DNA of 53,419 nucleotides. It comes from an uncultured Bdellovibrionales bacterium. GTDB lineage: Bacteria; Patescibacteriota; Minisyncoccia; Moranbacterales; UBA1568. Shown here piece after piece: positions 1-9,234 of the stretch (its first letter is position 1; the number at the start of each line of letters is the position of its first letter). Below the pieces are notes generated by a model. The model saw nothing but the letters and a program-made list of their open reading frames with translations, did not search any database and was not told where the DNA came from. Position numbers and translations under genes: made by a program. Location of the stretch: the NCBI GenBank assembly GCA_964543815.1, contig CAZIZG010000001.1:182265-235683 (forward strand), read 5' to 3'.

Positions 1-1
1 C

Positions 2-757
2 AGCCTATTTGGCAACATTGAAATGCCCGTCAGTGAAATCAAGTTAGCGTCAGTCGCCCCTGCCAATAAAAAAACTCGCCTCGACTGGGAAAAAGAACTT
101 CTTGGTCTCTACGTAAGCGATCATCCCACGAGTGATTATCAATCTTACTTCAGTAAAGTAGCCACACCACTTGGTCAACTCGAGAAGCAATCTGACAATG
201 CCAATGTCAGAATTGGTGGTGTCATCACCACCGTAAGAAAAATTTTGACCAAAACTGGTAGTACCATGTTCTTCGTCGGGCTTGAAGACATGACTGGCCG
301 GATTGAAATGCTGGTTTTTGGTAAAACTGCCGAGCACACTGCTGGATCCTGGCTAGAGGGAGAGATTGTCATCGTCAATGCCCGTGTCTCACATAAAGAC
401 GGGGCGCTCAAATGTATCGCCGAAAGTGTAGAAAAGATTTCGCCCGAGACACTCACTCACTTTGCCCGCACCGAAGCCACTCGGGCCAAGCTATCACGTC
501 CCGTGTCAAAAGAAGCACCTGATGCCACATCAGAACCAAAGACTGCCACAAAACGCCTCACCATAACCATTGGTGGTGCCAATCCAACAGGTACCATCGC
601 TAAACTTTCACAGTTGCTCAAGACAATGCCAAGCGGCGACCACACGGTCTCGGTCAAATTGGGAGGGACATTTATTGAAACCACGTTTATCATCAGCCCC
701 ACTTCAGAGTACCGGAAAGATATTGAGGCCATCGAGGGGGTAGAATCGGTAGCCTAG
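2..757 (+). CDS. dnaE: DNA polymerase III alpha subunit, C-terminal fragment (5' end lies outside the window)
   Basis: The frame is open from base 2. KELLGLYVSDHP followed by an OB-fold-like segment (VRIGGVITTVRKILTK...MFFVGLEDMTG) is typical of the DnaE C-terminus. Confidence 0.8.
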   Translation, partial: SLFGNIEMPVSEIKLASVAPANKKTRLDWEKELLGLYVSDHPTSDYQSYFSKVATPLGQLEKQSDNANVRIGGVITTVRKILTKTGSTMFFVGLEDMTGRIEMLVFGKTAEHTAGSWLEGEIVIVNARVSHKDGALKCIAESVEKISPETLTHFARTEATRAKLSRPVSKEAPDATSEPKTATKRLTITIGGANPTGTIAKLSQLLKTMPSGDHTVSVKLGGTFIETTFIISPTSEYRKDIEAIEGVESVA

Positions 758-771
758 ACACACTATTCAAA

Positions 772-1710
772 ATGGCGAAAGTTTGTCATACTAGTCCGAT
801 GCCAAATACACCCCACCCTACGATTATTATCACTGGACCGACAGCCTCCGGCAAGTCGGATTTAGCCATTTCTTTAGCCAAGAAATACGGTGGCGAAATC
901 ATCTCCGCTGACAGTCGGCAGGTCTATCGAGGTATGGACATCGGCACTGGTAAAGTGACCAAACGAGAACAACGACTCGCTCCCCACTGGCTTCTCAATG
1001 TGGCCAGTCCCAAGAGAAATTACAACGTCACCCACTTTGTCCGTGATGCCAAACACGCCATGGCAAATATCCGGAAGCGAGGCAAAACTCCCATCATCTG
1101 TGGCGGGACTGGCTTCTGGATTCAAGCACTCATTGAAAATAGTCCTTTTCCGGCCGTCAAACCCAATCTCGTCCTGCGGAAAAAACTCAAAACGTACTCT
1201 ACTGAAAATCTCTTCAAACAGCTTCAAAAAAAAGATTCGGACCGTGCTAAAAATATCGATCCTAAAAACAAGGTCCGCCTTATTCGTGCTCTGGAAATCA
1301 TCAGCGTTCTCGGCAAGGTACCACGACCCGAAAAAATCTCGCAACGACCGAGCGATTGCCTCATCTTCGCGTTAAATCCCTCCAAAGAAATACTTTGGGG
1401 CAACATTGCCTCACGTCTGGAAAAACGGTTAAAACAGGGTATGGTAGCCGAGGTACGGGAGCTGCGCGCCAGTGGAATCAGCTGGAAAAAACTGGAAAGT
1501 TTTGGCCTTGAGTACAAATATATCGCCCTCTTTCTCCAGAAGAAAATTTCTCGTGAGGAAATGAAAGAACGCCTCGAGTTGGAAATCCGCCACTACGCCA
1601 AACGCCAACTGACATGGCTCCGTCGTTTCGAGAAAACTCATCCTCTCGAATGGGCCGAGACTAAAGAAGTAGTCCTCACACTTGTCGCAAAAAAATTTCA
1701 CCTGATTTAA
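772..1710 (+). CDS. miaA: tRNA dimethylallyltransferase
   Basis: P-loop GPTASGKSDLAISLAKK, then EIISADSRQVYRGMDIGTGK and CGGTGFW, all hallmark MiaA motifs. An alternative ATG at 799 is possible. Confidence 0.9.
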   Translation: MAKVCHTSPMPNTPHPTIIITGPTASGKSDLAISLAKKYGGEIISADSRQVYRGMDIGTGKVTKREQRLAPHWLLNVASPKRNYNVTHFVRDAKHAMANIRKRGKTPIICGGTGFWIQALIENSPFPAVKPNLVLRKKLKTYSTENLFKQLQKKDSDRAKNIDPKNKVRLIRALEIISVLGKVPRPEKISQRPSDCLIFALNPSKEILWGNIASRLEKRLKQGMVAEVRELRASGISWKKLESFGLEYKYIALFLQKKISREEMKERLELEIRHYAKRQLTWLRRFEKTHPLEWAETKEVVLTLVAKKFHLI

Positions 1711-1742
1711 AAAAAATTACGTAATGAATTACGTAATTTTTT
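1711..1742. terminator. Perfect 15-bp inverted repeat between convergent miaA and gatB; likely bidirectional terminator
   Basis: AAAAAATTACGTAAT-GA-ATTACGTAATTTTTT sits directly after the miaA stop. It is flanked by an A-run and a T-run and contains two TTACGTAA palindromes. Confidence 0.6.
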
Positions 1743-1768
1743 GTTTATTTCACCTGCCTGCTATTCTA

Positions 1769-3244
1769 CTACGCCAATTTTTTTCTAAGGAGTTCCATGA
1801 CGAGTTTAGGATTCGCTTTTCCCTTCGTTTCTGCCATCACCTGACCCATGAGATATTGCAGAGCATTTTGTTTCCCAGACTTGAAGTCCGATACAGATTG
1901 TTCATTGCGCTCAAGCACTGCGTGAACCGCCTTTTCCAAAACCTCGCTATCGTTCACCTGACCAAGATTGAGACGTTCGATAATATGCGACGGATCCGTA
2001 TCGCCATCGCCACCCTGGTACATGGTAGCAAGCACCGTCTGCGCTGCACTTGAGTTGATCTTACCATCTGCCACGATACCAATGAATTCAGCATAATTCT
2101 CTGGCGTGAGAGCGAGGTTTTCAATGGACTGATTATTTTCAACGAGATGCTTGCGCAGTTCAGTCAAGAGGTAGTTTGAAGCAAGCTTCACTGCCCGTTC
2201 TACCGGCACCGTCACTTCTTTGGCAGCAATTTTTTCCTCAAGCTCACTTACTACCGCCTCAAAGTATTCCGAAAAAGACCTTTCGTCCGTTAAAGTCACG
2301 ACATCTTTTTCAGGAAGACCGTACTGACTCATAAACCGAGCTTTCTTCGCATCTGGCAATTCCGGCAACGTCGTCTTCAGTCGCTCTACATAATCCGCAT
2401 CGAAACGAAAAGGCGGGATATCCGGCTCCGGAAAATAGCGATAGTCATGGGCTGATTCTTTCTTGCGCTGAGAAACGGTGATGTTTTTGTTCTCATCCCA
2501 TCCTCTCGTCTCCTGAATAACACTCTCGCCTTTTTCAAGCATTTCAGTCTGACGAATAATCTCATATTCAATCGCCCGCTCTACCGAACGAAACGAGTTG
2601 ATATTTTTCACTTCCACTTTGGTACCCGACAACCGATCTGCGCCCTCCGGATACAGAGAGATGTTGACTTCACAGCGCATCTGCCCCTTCTCCATATCAG
2701 CATTTGACACTCGAAGGTAACGGAGTGTCTGACGAAGCTTCTGACAAAACAAACTAGCATCGCGACCATTAGTAAAGTCCGGTTCAGTCACCAGCTCCAT
2801 AAGTGGTACTCCAGCCCGATTGAAGTCAACGAGAGTATAGTCCGCCCCTGCCGGATGCATCGACTTCCCCGTATCTTCTTCAAGATGAATGCGGGTAATA
2901 CGAAATTTTCGTCCCTCAATTTCCATAGTGCCGGCCTCACAAAAAGGCTGATCATACTGAGAAATCTGATACCCCTTCGGCAAATCAGGATAGAAATAAT
3001 TTTTTCGATCAAACTTAGAGTCCAGCCGAAGCGTACAACCAAGTGCGAGACCGACCCGCTGTACCGCCTCAATAGCAGCCGCATTTGGCACAGGAAGCGC
3101 TCCAGGCTGAGCAGTACAAACCGGACAAATATTGACGTTAGGAACTGTCTCCATACCGAGACCATTCTTGCACGCACAAAACATCTTGGACTCAGTTCTG
3201 AGTTCCGCATGCACCTCCATACCAATGGTTACTCCGTACTTCAT
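1769..3244 (-). CDS. gatB: Asp/Glu-tRNA amidotransferase subunit B
   Basis: 491 aa. MEVHAEL...KMFC, NICPVCTAQPGALPV and a C-terminal YqeY-like tail match GatB end to end. Confidence 0.95.
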   Translation of the reverse strand: MKYGVTIGMEVHAELRTESKMFCACKNGLGMETVPNVNICPVCTAQPGALPVPNAAAIEAVQRVGLALGCTLRLDSKFDRKNYFYPDLPKGYQISQYDQPFCEAGTMEIEGRKFRITRIHLEEDTGKSMHPAGADYTLVDFNRAGVPLMELVTEPDFTNGRDASLFCQKLRQTLRYLRVSNADMEKGQMRCEVNISLYPEGADRLSGTKVEVKNINSFRSVERAIEYEIIRQTEMLEKGESVIQETRGWDENKNITVSQRKKESAHDYRYFPEPDIPPFRFDADYVERLKTTLPELPDAKKARFMSQYGLPEKDVVTLTDERSFSEYFEAVVSELEEKIAAKEVTVPVERAVKLASNYLLTELRKHLVENNQSIENLALTPENYAEFIGIVADGKINSSAAQTVLATMYQGGDGDTDPSHIIERLNLGQVNDSEVLEKAVHAVLERNEQSVSDFKSGKQNALQYLMGQVMAETKGKANPKLVMELLRKKLA

Positions 3245-3253
3245 ATGCGCATT

Positions 3254-3679
3254 CTAATGGGTACCTGTACTACCAAATCCTCCTTCACCACGTATGGTAT
3301 CATCTAACTCACTCACTTCGCAAACCTCAGGCAATTCCACCCTCTGAATCAATAATTGGCTTATTTTAGCCCCTTTTTCAACAACATAAGGATCATTTGA
3401 AAGATTGACCATAATAACACCAATCTCGCCACGATAGGAAGCATCGATAACTCCCCCCATCGTCTTTACACCCCACTTGTGTGGCACACTTGATTTATCC
3501 CAAATAAGCCCCACGTAACCCGAAGGGATCGCCAGGGCAATGGCTGTTTTTACAGTCCGTCGTTCCCCGGGTGCCAACACAAACGACTCGTATGAATACA
3601 GGTCCAACCCAGCATCATCCGCATGAGCACGAGCTGGAACAAAAGCATCATCGGCTAATTTTTTAACATGTAACTTCAT
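3254..3679 (-). CDS. dut: dUTP diphosphatase
   Basis: AGLDL, GERRTVKTAIALAIPSGYVGLIWDKSS, RGEIGVI and a GGFGSTG tail. The start is trimmed to the ATG at 3679, which overlaps the tmk stop as ATGA. Confidence 0.9.
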   Translation of the reverse strand: MKLHVKKLADDAFVPARAHADDAGLDLYSYESFVLAPGERRTVKTAIALAIPSGYVGLIWDKSSVPHKWGVKTMGGVIDASYRGEIGVIMVNLSNDPYVVEKGAKISQLLIQRVELPEVCEVSELDDTIRGEGGFGSTGTH

Positions 3680-4371
3680 AATATTTGTGCTACTTGCTCC
3701 CATACCTTTTCCGCAATCTCTTCCCGAGAGAGCAGTTCGCCCTTTTTAGTGCAATCAATTTTCTTCCAGTGATTAAGTTTTTTAACAAGCTTCAAAGCAT
3801 TGGATCGACTTGCCGCCTGATGATCAACATTTGCCTCAGCCAAATCAGTCTTACGTCTCTTCATATAAACCTTTTTTTGCTTCTGATCTTCTGCTTTTAA
3901 GAGTGACTGAGAGATAAGGGTTGGAACATCAAGGTAGGTAATAATATCAGGACGTGGCAAACCAAAAACACCATGCTCCATTTGGTCAAGCCAGCTTAAA
4001 AACTCCTTCTGTCGTTTTGGATGAACAATCTTTCCTCCTTGATGTATCTGATTAGAGCTCACGTAGCGGTCGAGCACTACCACATATCCTTTTTTGAGCC
4101 ACTCCTCAATCTTTGGCTTTGATTCGAACCGATCAGCAGCGTACAGTACCGATCCAATATGGGGATCAATCGCTATAAAATCCCCATACTCCCCCGTAAG
4201 ACACTCACCAATGAGGGCACCAAAAAAATTCGTCTCATATTGGGGAAAGTCGAGAGTTTTTACTTTGTACCCCTCCTTATGAAGTCGCGCTATGAGAAAT
4301 CGTGTCTGGGTCGCCTTGCCACTCCCATCACTCCCGTCAAGCACAATCAATTTTCCCTTTTTCATATTCAT
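3676..4371 (-). CDS. tmk: Thymidylate kinase
   Basis: GKLIVLDGSDGSGKATQ P-loop, a DRY motif (VVLDRYVSSN) and a length of 231 aa. Confidence 0.9.
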   Translation of the reverse strand: MNMKKGKLIVLDGSDGSGKATQTRFLIARLHKEGYKVKTLDFPQYETNFFGALIGECLTGEYGDFIAIDPHIGSVLYAADRFESKPKIEEWLKKGYVVVLDRYVSSNQIHQGGKIVHPKRQKEFLSWLDQMEHGVFGLPRPDIITYLDVPTLISQSLLKAEDQKQKKVYMKRRKTDLAEANVDHQAASRSNALKLVKKLNHWKKIDCTKKGELLSREEIAEKVWEQVAQIL

Positions 4372-4375
4372 TGCC

Positions 4376-4942
4376 TTACTTCCGTACCTTGGCCACTACT
4401 TCATCAATCTGCTTTTGAAGTTCTTCGAGTGTCCCGTCGTTATTCACGACATAATCAGCCCGTTCTTTGAGACCGCGTATTTGTACTTCTGTTTCCAAAA
4501 GAGCGTCTTTTTCAAACTGCGCCAACGTTTTTCCTTCGTCATCGGTATTTTGACGGCGCTTCGTCAGCCGTTCATAGCGCGTTTCCGGACTCGCCTCAAC
4601 ATAGACAAAATAAAAATTAGGCTCGGTTTCCATATGAACAATATCAAACGATCGTCGAACGCCATCGACTACGACCAATTCCTTGTCGCTTTTTTTAGCC
4701 TCGGCCAACATAATTTTAGAAAAAATATCCTCACCAAAACCCTTGCGCAGATGTAGAGAAAGACGCGCCATATTCTCGCGATTTTGATCCAAACTCATCC
4801 GATCGAGGATATCCCGGAGCGGCTGCGAGAAGCGTAATGACAACGCTCCATGCTTCTCAGCCAGATATTTCCCTACCGTATCCTTACCGCATGCAATCTC
4901 CCCCGCAATTCCGATAATGATTTTTTCCATAGTATTCGACAT
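4376..4942 (-). CDS. P-loop nucleotide kinase (dephospho-CoA kinase / dNMP kinase-like)
   Basis: IIGIAGEIACGKDT P-loop in a small ~188 aa kinase-like protein embedded in the dTTP gene cluster. Substrate cannot be assigned from sequence alone. Confidence 0.55.
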   Translation of the reverse strand: MSNTMEKIIIGIAGEIACGKDTVGKYLAEKHGALSLRFSQPLRDILDRMSLDQNRENMARLSLHLRKGFGEDIFSKIMLAEAKKSDKELVVVDGVRRSFDIVHMETEPNFYFVYVEASPETRYERLTKRRQNTDDEGKTLAQFEKDALLETEVQIRGLKERADYVVNNDGTLEELQKQIDEVVAKVRK

Positions 4943-4956
4943 TGTATTGTTAGTAT

Positions 4957-5442
4957 TTATCTTTCCAAAATATAATACGTAAACTTGTTCTTTTCATTCT
5001 CTCCGAATTCTTGACTGAGTACTTTTTGAAATTCGCTATAATCCGGAAAAAATGTGTCCGCTTCATGTTCCCCTTCCACCAACGTCAGGTACAACCTTTC
5101 CGTGAGAGACAAAAATTGTTTATAGATACTCGCACCACCGATGATGAATACTTCGGTATCCTCCACCTCCTTGGCTTTTTGCAGCGCCTCCTCAATTGAA
5201 TGAACAACTACACAACCGGACAACTCAAGTGACTGATTGAGCGTCACCACAATATTCTGTCGATTAGGTAACGGCCTTCCGATTGAATAGTACGTATTTT
5301 CACCCATGATGACCGTATGCCCGGTAGTCAACTGTTTGAATCGACGTAAATCTTCGGGGATATCCCAAAGAAGCTTATTATTCTTACCAATGGCGCGATT
5401 TTTATCAACGGCCACAATCATGGAAATTTTTGGCGTAGACAT
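4957..5442 (-). CDS. folA: Dihydrofolate reductase
   Basis: ISMIVAVDKNRAIGKNNKLLWDIPEDLRRFKQLTTGHTVIMG and FIIGGASIY are canonical DHFR motifs. Confidence 0.9.
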   Translation of the reverse strand: MSTPKISMIVAVDKNRAIGKNNKLLWDIPEDLRRFKQLTTGHTVIMGENTYYSIGRPLPNRQNIVVTLNQSLELSGCVVVHSIEEALQKAKEVEDTEVFIIGGASIYKQFLSLTERLYLTLVEGEHEADTFFPDYSEFQKVLSQEFGENEKNKFTYYILER

Positions 5443-5452
5443 GGAGTCAATG

Positions 5453-6370
5453 TTAGACAGCTATTGGAGCCTTGATGGCCGGATGAGATTGATAGCTCTC
5501 AAGCGTAAAGTCTTCAGGTTTAAAATCAAAAATATCTCTCACTGCTGGATTGAGTTTCATGATCGAAAGTGGAAGCGGGTTACGGGTCAATTGTTCCTGT
5601 ACCTGATCGTGATGATTACTGTAGATATGGACATCGCCACCCGTCCACACAAATTCGCCCGGCTCCAAATCACACACTTGCGCCACCATCATGGTAAGCA
5701 ACGCATAAGAGGCAATGTTAAATGGCACACCGAGAAAGGTATCACAACTGCGCTGGTAGAGCTGGCAAGACAATTTCCCATTAGCCACGTAAAATTGAAA
5801 GAGACAGTGACAGGGAGGTAGTCCCGCTTTGCCCATTTCCTCAATATCAGCCACATTCCACGCCGATACAATGAGCCGTCGATCATCGGGCTTTTGTTTG
5901 ATACGCTCAATTACCTGCGTAATCTGGTCAATATGCCGCCCGTCCGGTGTCGGCCAACTGCGCCATTGGTAACCATAAATAGGACCAAGCTCTCCGTACT
6001 CCTTGGAAAAATCATCCTCTGTCTTGATACGCTCGATGAATGTCTTGAGGCCAGATTTCCATTCTCCGCTTCCTGTTTCAGGAATAGTCTGGTTTGTTTT
6101 TTTAAGATAGGCCTTGTAGGGCCACTCATCCCAAATATGGACATCATTTTGGGCCAGATATCTGAGATTTGAGTCCCCTTTAAGAAACCAAAGCAGTTCA
6201 ATGATAATGGAACGGAGCGCCATCTTCTTAGTAGTAAGGAGCGGAAATCCCTCAGACAAATCAAATCGCATCTGATATCCAAAAACGCTTCGTGTCCCAG
6301 TACCAGTACGATCCCCCTTATCGACACCGTGTTCTTCGATATGCTTCAGGAGATCTAGATATTGACGCAT
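5453..6370 (-). CDS. thyA: Thymidylate synthase (ThyA type)
   Basis: MRQYLDLL...[19 protein letters not shown] (catalytic Cys) and DVHIYSNH. Confidence 0.95.
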   Translation of the reverse strand: MRQYLDLLKHIEEHGVDKGDRTGTGTRSVFGYQMRFDLSEGFPLLTTKKMALRSIIIELLWFLKGDSNLRYLAQNDVHIWDEWPYKAYLKKTNQTIPETGSGEWKSGLKTFIERIKTEDDFSKEYGELGPIYGYQWRSWPTPDGRHIDQITQVIERIKQKPDDRRLIVSAWNVADIEEMGKAGLPPCHCLFQFYVANGKLSCQLYQRSCDTFLGVPFNIASYALLTMMVAQVCDLEPGEFVWTGGDVHIYSNHHDQVQEQLTRNPLPLSIMKLNPAVRDIFDFKPEDFTLESYQSHPAIKAPIAV

Positions 6371-6406
6371 ACTAACAATAGTGAGAAATTATCCCATTTC
6401 TTATCC

Positions 6407-6435
6407 ATTTTATCGTACTCACAGCACTTCCGCAA
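6407..6435 (-). promoter_or_regulatory. Sigma70-like promoter upstream of thyA
   Basis: On the minus strand: TTGCGG, a 17-nt spacer, then TAAAAT, about 35 nt upstream of the thyA ATG. Confidence 0.4.
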
Positions 6436-6450
6436 ACCAGTGGAAACAAG

Positions 6451-6481
6451 AAAAAAAGCCCTATTTTTTTGGGCTTTTTTT
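6451..6481. terminator. Hairpin terminator at the dcd 3' end
   Basis: AAAAAAAGCCC-TATTTTTTT-GGGCTTTTTTT. A GC stem flanked by an A-run and a T-run, overlapping the dcd stop codon. Confidence 0.5.
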
Positions 6482-7042
6482 CTTGAAGTTGAGATGCATT
6501 TTTGAGGCCTGGGGCTTGGTATCCCCCTTATATTTGGAGTTCAGTCCTTTAGAACCGTACGGGCGCTCACAGGGAGACGAGAGGTATTCGAAGGCCATTT
6601 GACCAATCGGCATACCGTAGTACAACTTGAGCGGAATTTTCCCAGCATTAAAAAGTTCCAGGGTCATTTTGAGTGAATTTCCAGCGTCAAGAAACCCCGC
6701 CGTTGTATGAATAATGAGACCGAGGCGCCCGAGAGAGCTCTTCCCTTCCAGTCGGCCAACCAATTTCTCTGACACGCCCGTTTCTTCCAAAAGAACACCG
6801 AGCGCAAATTCTCCCGGATGAAGGATGAAAGGCTCATTCTTGGTAATATCAATCTTTTTCATCAAATCCGACGAAATATCTCTCGGATCAATCACAAAGT
6901 TCTGATTGGTATTGAATACCAAAAAATGACGGTCAAGATGAACATCGTAGCTCGCCGGTTGTACACACTCAGCCCGAAACGGTTTAATAACAATTTCCTT
7001 CGATTTCAACTCCTTTTTGATATCACGATCTGAGAGAATCAT
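6461..7042 (-). CDS. dcd: dCTP deaminase
   Basis: MILSDRDI start, then ASYDVHL, EGKSSLGRLGL and HTTAGFLD. The ORF-track N-terminus is trimmed to the ATG at 7042. Confidence 0.9.
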   Translation of the reverse strand: MILSDRDIKKELKSKEIVIKPFRAECVQPASYDVHLDRHFLVFNTNQNFVIDPRDISSDLMKKIDITKNEPFILHPGEFALGVLLEETGVSEKLVGRLEGKSSLGRLGLIIHTTAGFLDAGNSLKMTLELFNAGKIPLKLYYGMPIGQMAFEYLSSPCERPYGSKGLNSKYKGDTKPQASKMHLNFKKKSPKK

Positions 7043-7089
7043 AATTTTGAGCATTAAACACAAGAGACCCAAAAGGGTCCCTTGAAACG

Positions 7090-7779
7090 TTACGCCTTAA
7101 GTGTCAGACTTGGACCCATGGTTGAGCACACAGAGAGACGCTTGATAAGTTTGCCTTTCATGTTCTCGGGCTTGGACTTGTCGATGGTTTCACGAAACGT
7201 TTGATAATTCTCAGTCAATTGTTCAGCCGTGAAGGAAAGTTTACCGATGACCTGGTGCACATTACCGGTGTCATCATTCTTAAAGCTCACCTTCTTACCC
7301 TTTTTGAGCATTTCCACCGCTTCCTTGATTTTAACGGTAACCGTTTCAGTCTTCGGTGATGGCATCATACCCTTCGGACCCAAGATTTTAGCGATAACAG
7401 CGAGTTTGGGCATGAGTTCAGGTGTTGCCAAAAGGACATCGAATGCAACGCCCGGCACTACCTTACCATTCTTGATATCTGCGATAAGCTCTTCGCCGCC
7501 AATGAGATCAGCCTGTGCCTCCTCAGCTTCTTTTTCTTTACTGCTTGTGATGACAGCCACTTTCTGAGCACGACCAGTACCATGCGGCAAAATAACAGTC
7601 GCCCGAACCATTTCATCAGACTTCTTCGGATTGATACCGAGACGAACATGCACTTCGACAGACTCATCAAATTTAGCCGTCTTGTTCTCCTTCAAAAAAG
7701 CAATGGCTTCTTCCGGCGTATACTCCTTCCCCTCCTCAAGTTTCGTCGCGATATTACGGTATAATTTCCCGTGTTTCAT
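7090..7779 (-). CDS. rplA: 50S ribosomal protein L1
   Basis: MKHGKLYR..., DESVEVHVRLGIDP-like, VAVI and GPKGMMPSPK. The track start at 7797 is a TTG, so the ATG at 7779 is preferred. Confidence 0.9.
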   Translation of the reverse strand: MKHGKLYRNIATKLEEGKEYTPEEAIAFLKENKTAKFDESVEVHVRLGINPKKSDEMVRATVILPHGTGRAQKVAVITSSKEKEAEEAQADLIGGEELIADIKNGKVVPGVAFDVLLATPELMPKLAVIAKILGPKGMMPSPKTETVTVKIKEAVEMLKKGKKVSFKNDDTGNVHQVIGKLSFTAEQLTENYQTFRETIDKSKPENMKGKLIKRLSVCSTMGPSLTLKA

Positions 7780-7845
7780 AGTATTGTCGTGGTTCAAACG
7801 CCTCGGCCGTCATACGAACGGGCTCCCACAAGAATTTAATAATAA

Positions 7846-8271
7846 CTAGTCAACTACTTTGATACCCATTGAACGAGCGGAACCAGCGATAATCTTCATC
7901 GCAGCATCAACATCATTAGCAGAGAGATCCACCATCTTTTTTTCAGCAATTTCACGAACCTGAGCCATTGTTACCTGTCCCGCCTTGTCCTTGAGCGGAT
8001 TAGCCGCGGCCTTGGCAATGCCGGCAGCCTTTTTCAGAAGATCAGAAGCAGGCGAAGTCTTGAGCGCAAATGTGAATGTTCGATCTTCGAAAACAGTAAT
8101 CTCTGCCGGAACAATATCACCCATACGGTCTTGAGTGGCAGCATTAAACTTGGAGCAAAAATCCTGAATATTGAGACCATGCTGACCAAGAGCTGGTCCA
8201 ACCGGAGGGGCTGGATTAGCCTTACCAGCAGGAATCTGGAGCTTAATGACGGTTTTGATTGCCTTTGCCAT
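7846..8271 (-). CDS. rplK: 50S ribosomal protein L11
   Basis: [26 protein letters not shown] is the canonical L11 N-terminal motif. Confidence 0.95.
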   Translation of the reverse strand: MAKAIKTVIKLQIPAGKANPAPPVGPALGQHGLNIQDFCSKFNAATQDRMGDIVPAEITVFEDRTFTFALKTSPASDLLKKAAGIAKAAANPLKDKAGQVTMAQVREIAEKKMVDLSANDVDAAMKIIAGSARSMGIKVVD

Positions 8272-8292
8272 AGTATTCTATAAATCAATTAC

Positions 8293-8838
8293 TTATCCCT
8301 TCTTGACCTGGAGAAAATCGAGTTCCACTGGTGTTTCACGACCAAAAATAGAAACAAGTACTTTGACCTTACCTTTCTCCTCATCAATTTCCTGAATCTT
8401 CCCTTCGAATTCCTTAAATGGGCCATCAACAATCTTCACAGCATCACCGACGTGTACATCAATCTTATATTTCGGTTCGGCCACACCCATTCGCTTCTTC
8501 AAGGCATCAATTTCCTTGGTATCAATAGGGGTCGGAGTAGTACCAAGACCAATAAATCCGGTGACGTTAGGCGTATTACGCACCACATACCAGGAAGCAT
8601 CCGTCACCATCATATCAACAAGGACATAACCAGGATAAATGCGCTCCTCCACCACCACACGCTTCCCCCCTTTAATCTTGATTTTCTTTTCCTTTGGCAC
8701 CAAGACATCAAAGATAAGCTCCTGCATATCCATGGATTCAATACGCTGCTTCAAGTTACGAGCAACGTTATCCTCATAGCCAGAATAGGTATGAAGTACA
8801 TACCAGGATCGGCCGTGATGTTGTGTTTGCTTTGCCAT
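8293..8838 (-). CDS. nusG: Transcription termination/antitermination factor NusG
   Basis: WYVLHTYSGYE (NGN domain), PGYVLV and a C-terminal KOW (GDAVKIVDGPFKEFEGKI). Confidence 0.95.
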   Translation of the reverse strand: MAKQTQHHGRSWYVLHTYSGYEDNVARNLKQRIESMDMQELIFDVLVPKEKKIKIKGGKRVVVEERIYPGYVLVDMMVTDASWYVVRNTPNVTGFIGLGTTPTPIDTKEIDALKKRMGVAEPKYKIDVHVGDAVKIVDGPFKEFEGKIQEIDEEKGKVKVLVSIFGRETPVELDFLQVKKG

Positions 8839-8858
8839 AAGAAATACCTCCTAAAAGA

Positions 8859-9044
8859 TTATGTGAGCAAATACTTTTCAACCAGAAAACCAAAGAGGAA
8901 ATCAAGAGCTCCGAGAAAAATTGCCACCGAAAGACTAATAGTAATCACCAGCATCGTATAGCGGATGATTTCTTGTCTCGATGGCCAATTGACACGTGAG
9001 AGTTCGACTTTGGCCTCTCGCAAAAAGGTCAGAATGGCTTGCAT
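8859..9044 (-). CDS. secE: Preprotein translocase subunit SecE
   Basis: 61 aa. FLREAKVELSRVNWPSRQE followed by one TM helix, in the conserved position upstream of nusG. Confidence 0.8.
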   Translation of the reverse strand: MQAILTFLREAKVELSRVNWPSRQEIIRYTMLVITISLSVAIFLGALDFLFGFLVEKYLLT

Positions 9045-9062
9045 ATTTTTTCCCTCTTAAAA

Positions 9063-9079
9063 AAAGCCCCGAGGGCTTT
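9063..9079 (-). terminator. Short hairpin plus U-run inside the secE leader (possible attenuator)
   Basis: Minus strand reads AAAGCCC-TCG-GGGCTTTTTTT, 17 nt upstream of the secE ATG and downstream of the promoter-like element at 9088-9116. Confidence 0.4.
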
Positions 9080-9087
9080 GTAAGGAG

Positions 9088-9116
9088 AGATTACCAGAAA
9101 AAAGAGGAGCTGTCAA
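9088..9116 (-). promoter_or_regulatory. Sigma70-like promoter for secE-nusG
   Basis: Minus strand reads TTGACA, a 17-nt spacer, then TAATCT. Confidence 0.4.
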
Positions 9117-9234
9117 TCCCACATCTTTTTGGCATGAGCACGCAAAAAACTGGCACCTAAAGGATGCTTTATGTCCTACGGATAAATGGTGATAAGAGAA
9201 GCTTTTAGAGAAATGACACCAAAAAGGCGCGGGA

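Noticed and set aside
7798-7845. Possible L1-binding autoregulatory mimic (GGGAGCCCGTTCGTATGACGG on the minus strand) between rplK and rplA
   Set aside because: I cannot reproduce the 23S rRNA L1-stalk consensus from memory well enough to support it. It is only a short hairpin-capable segment.
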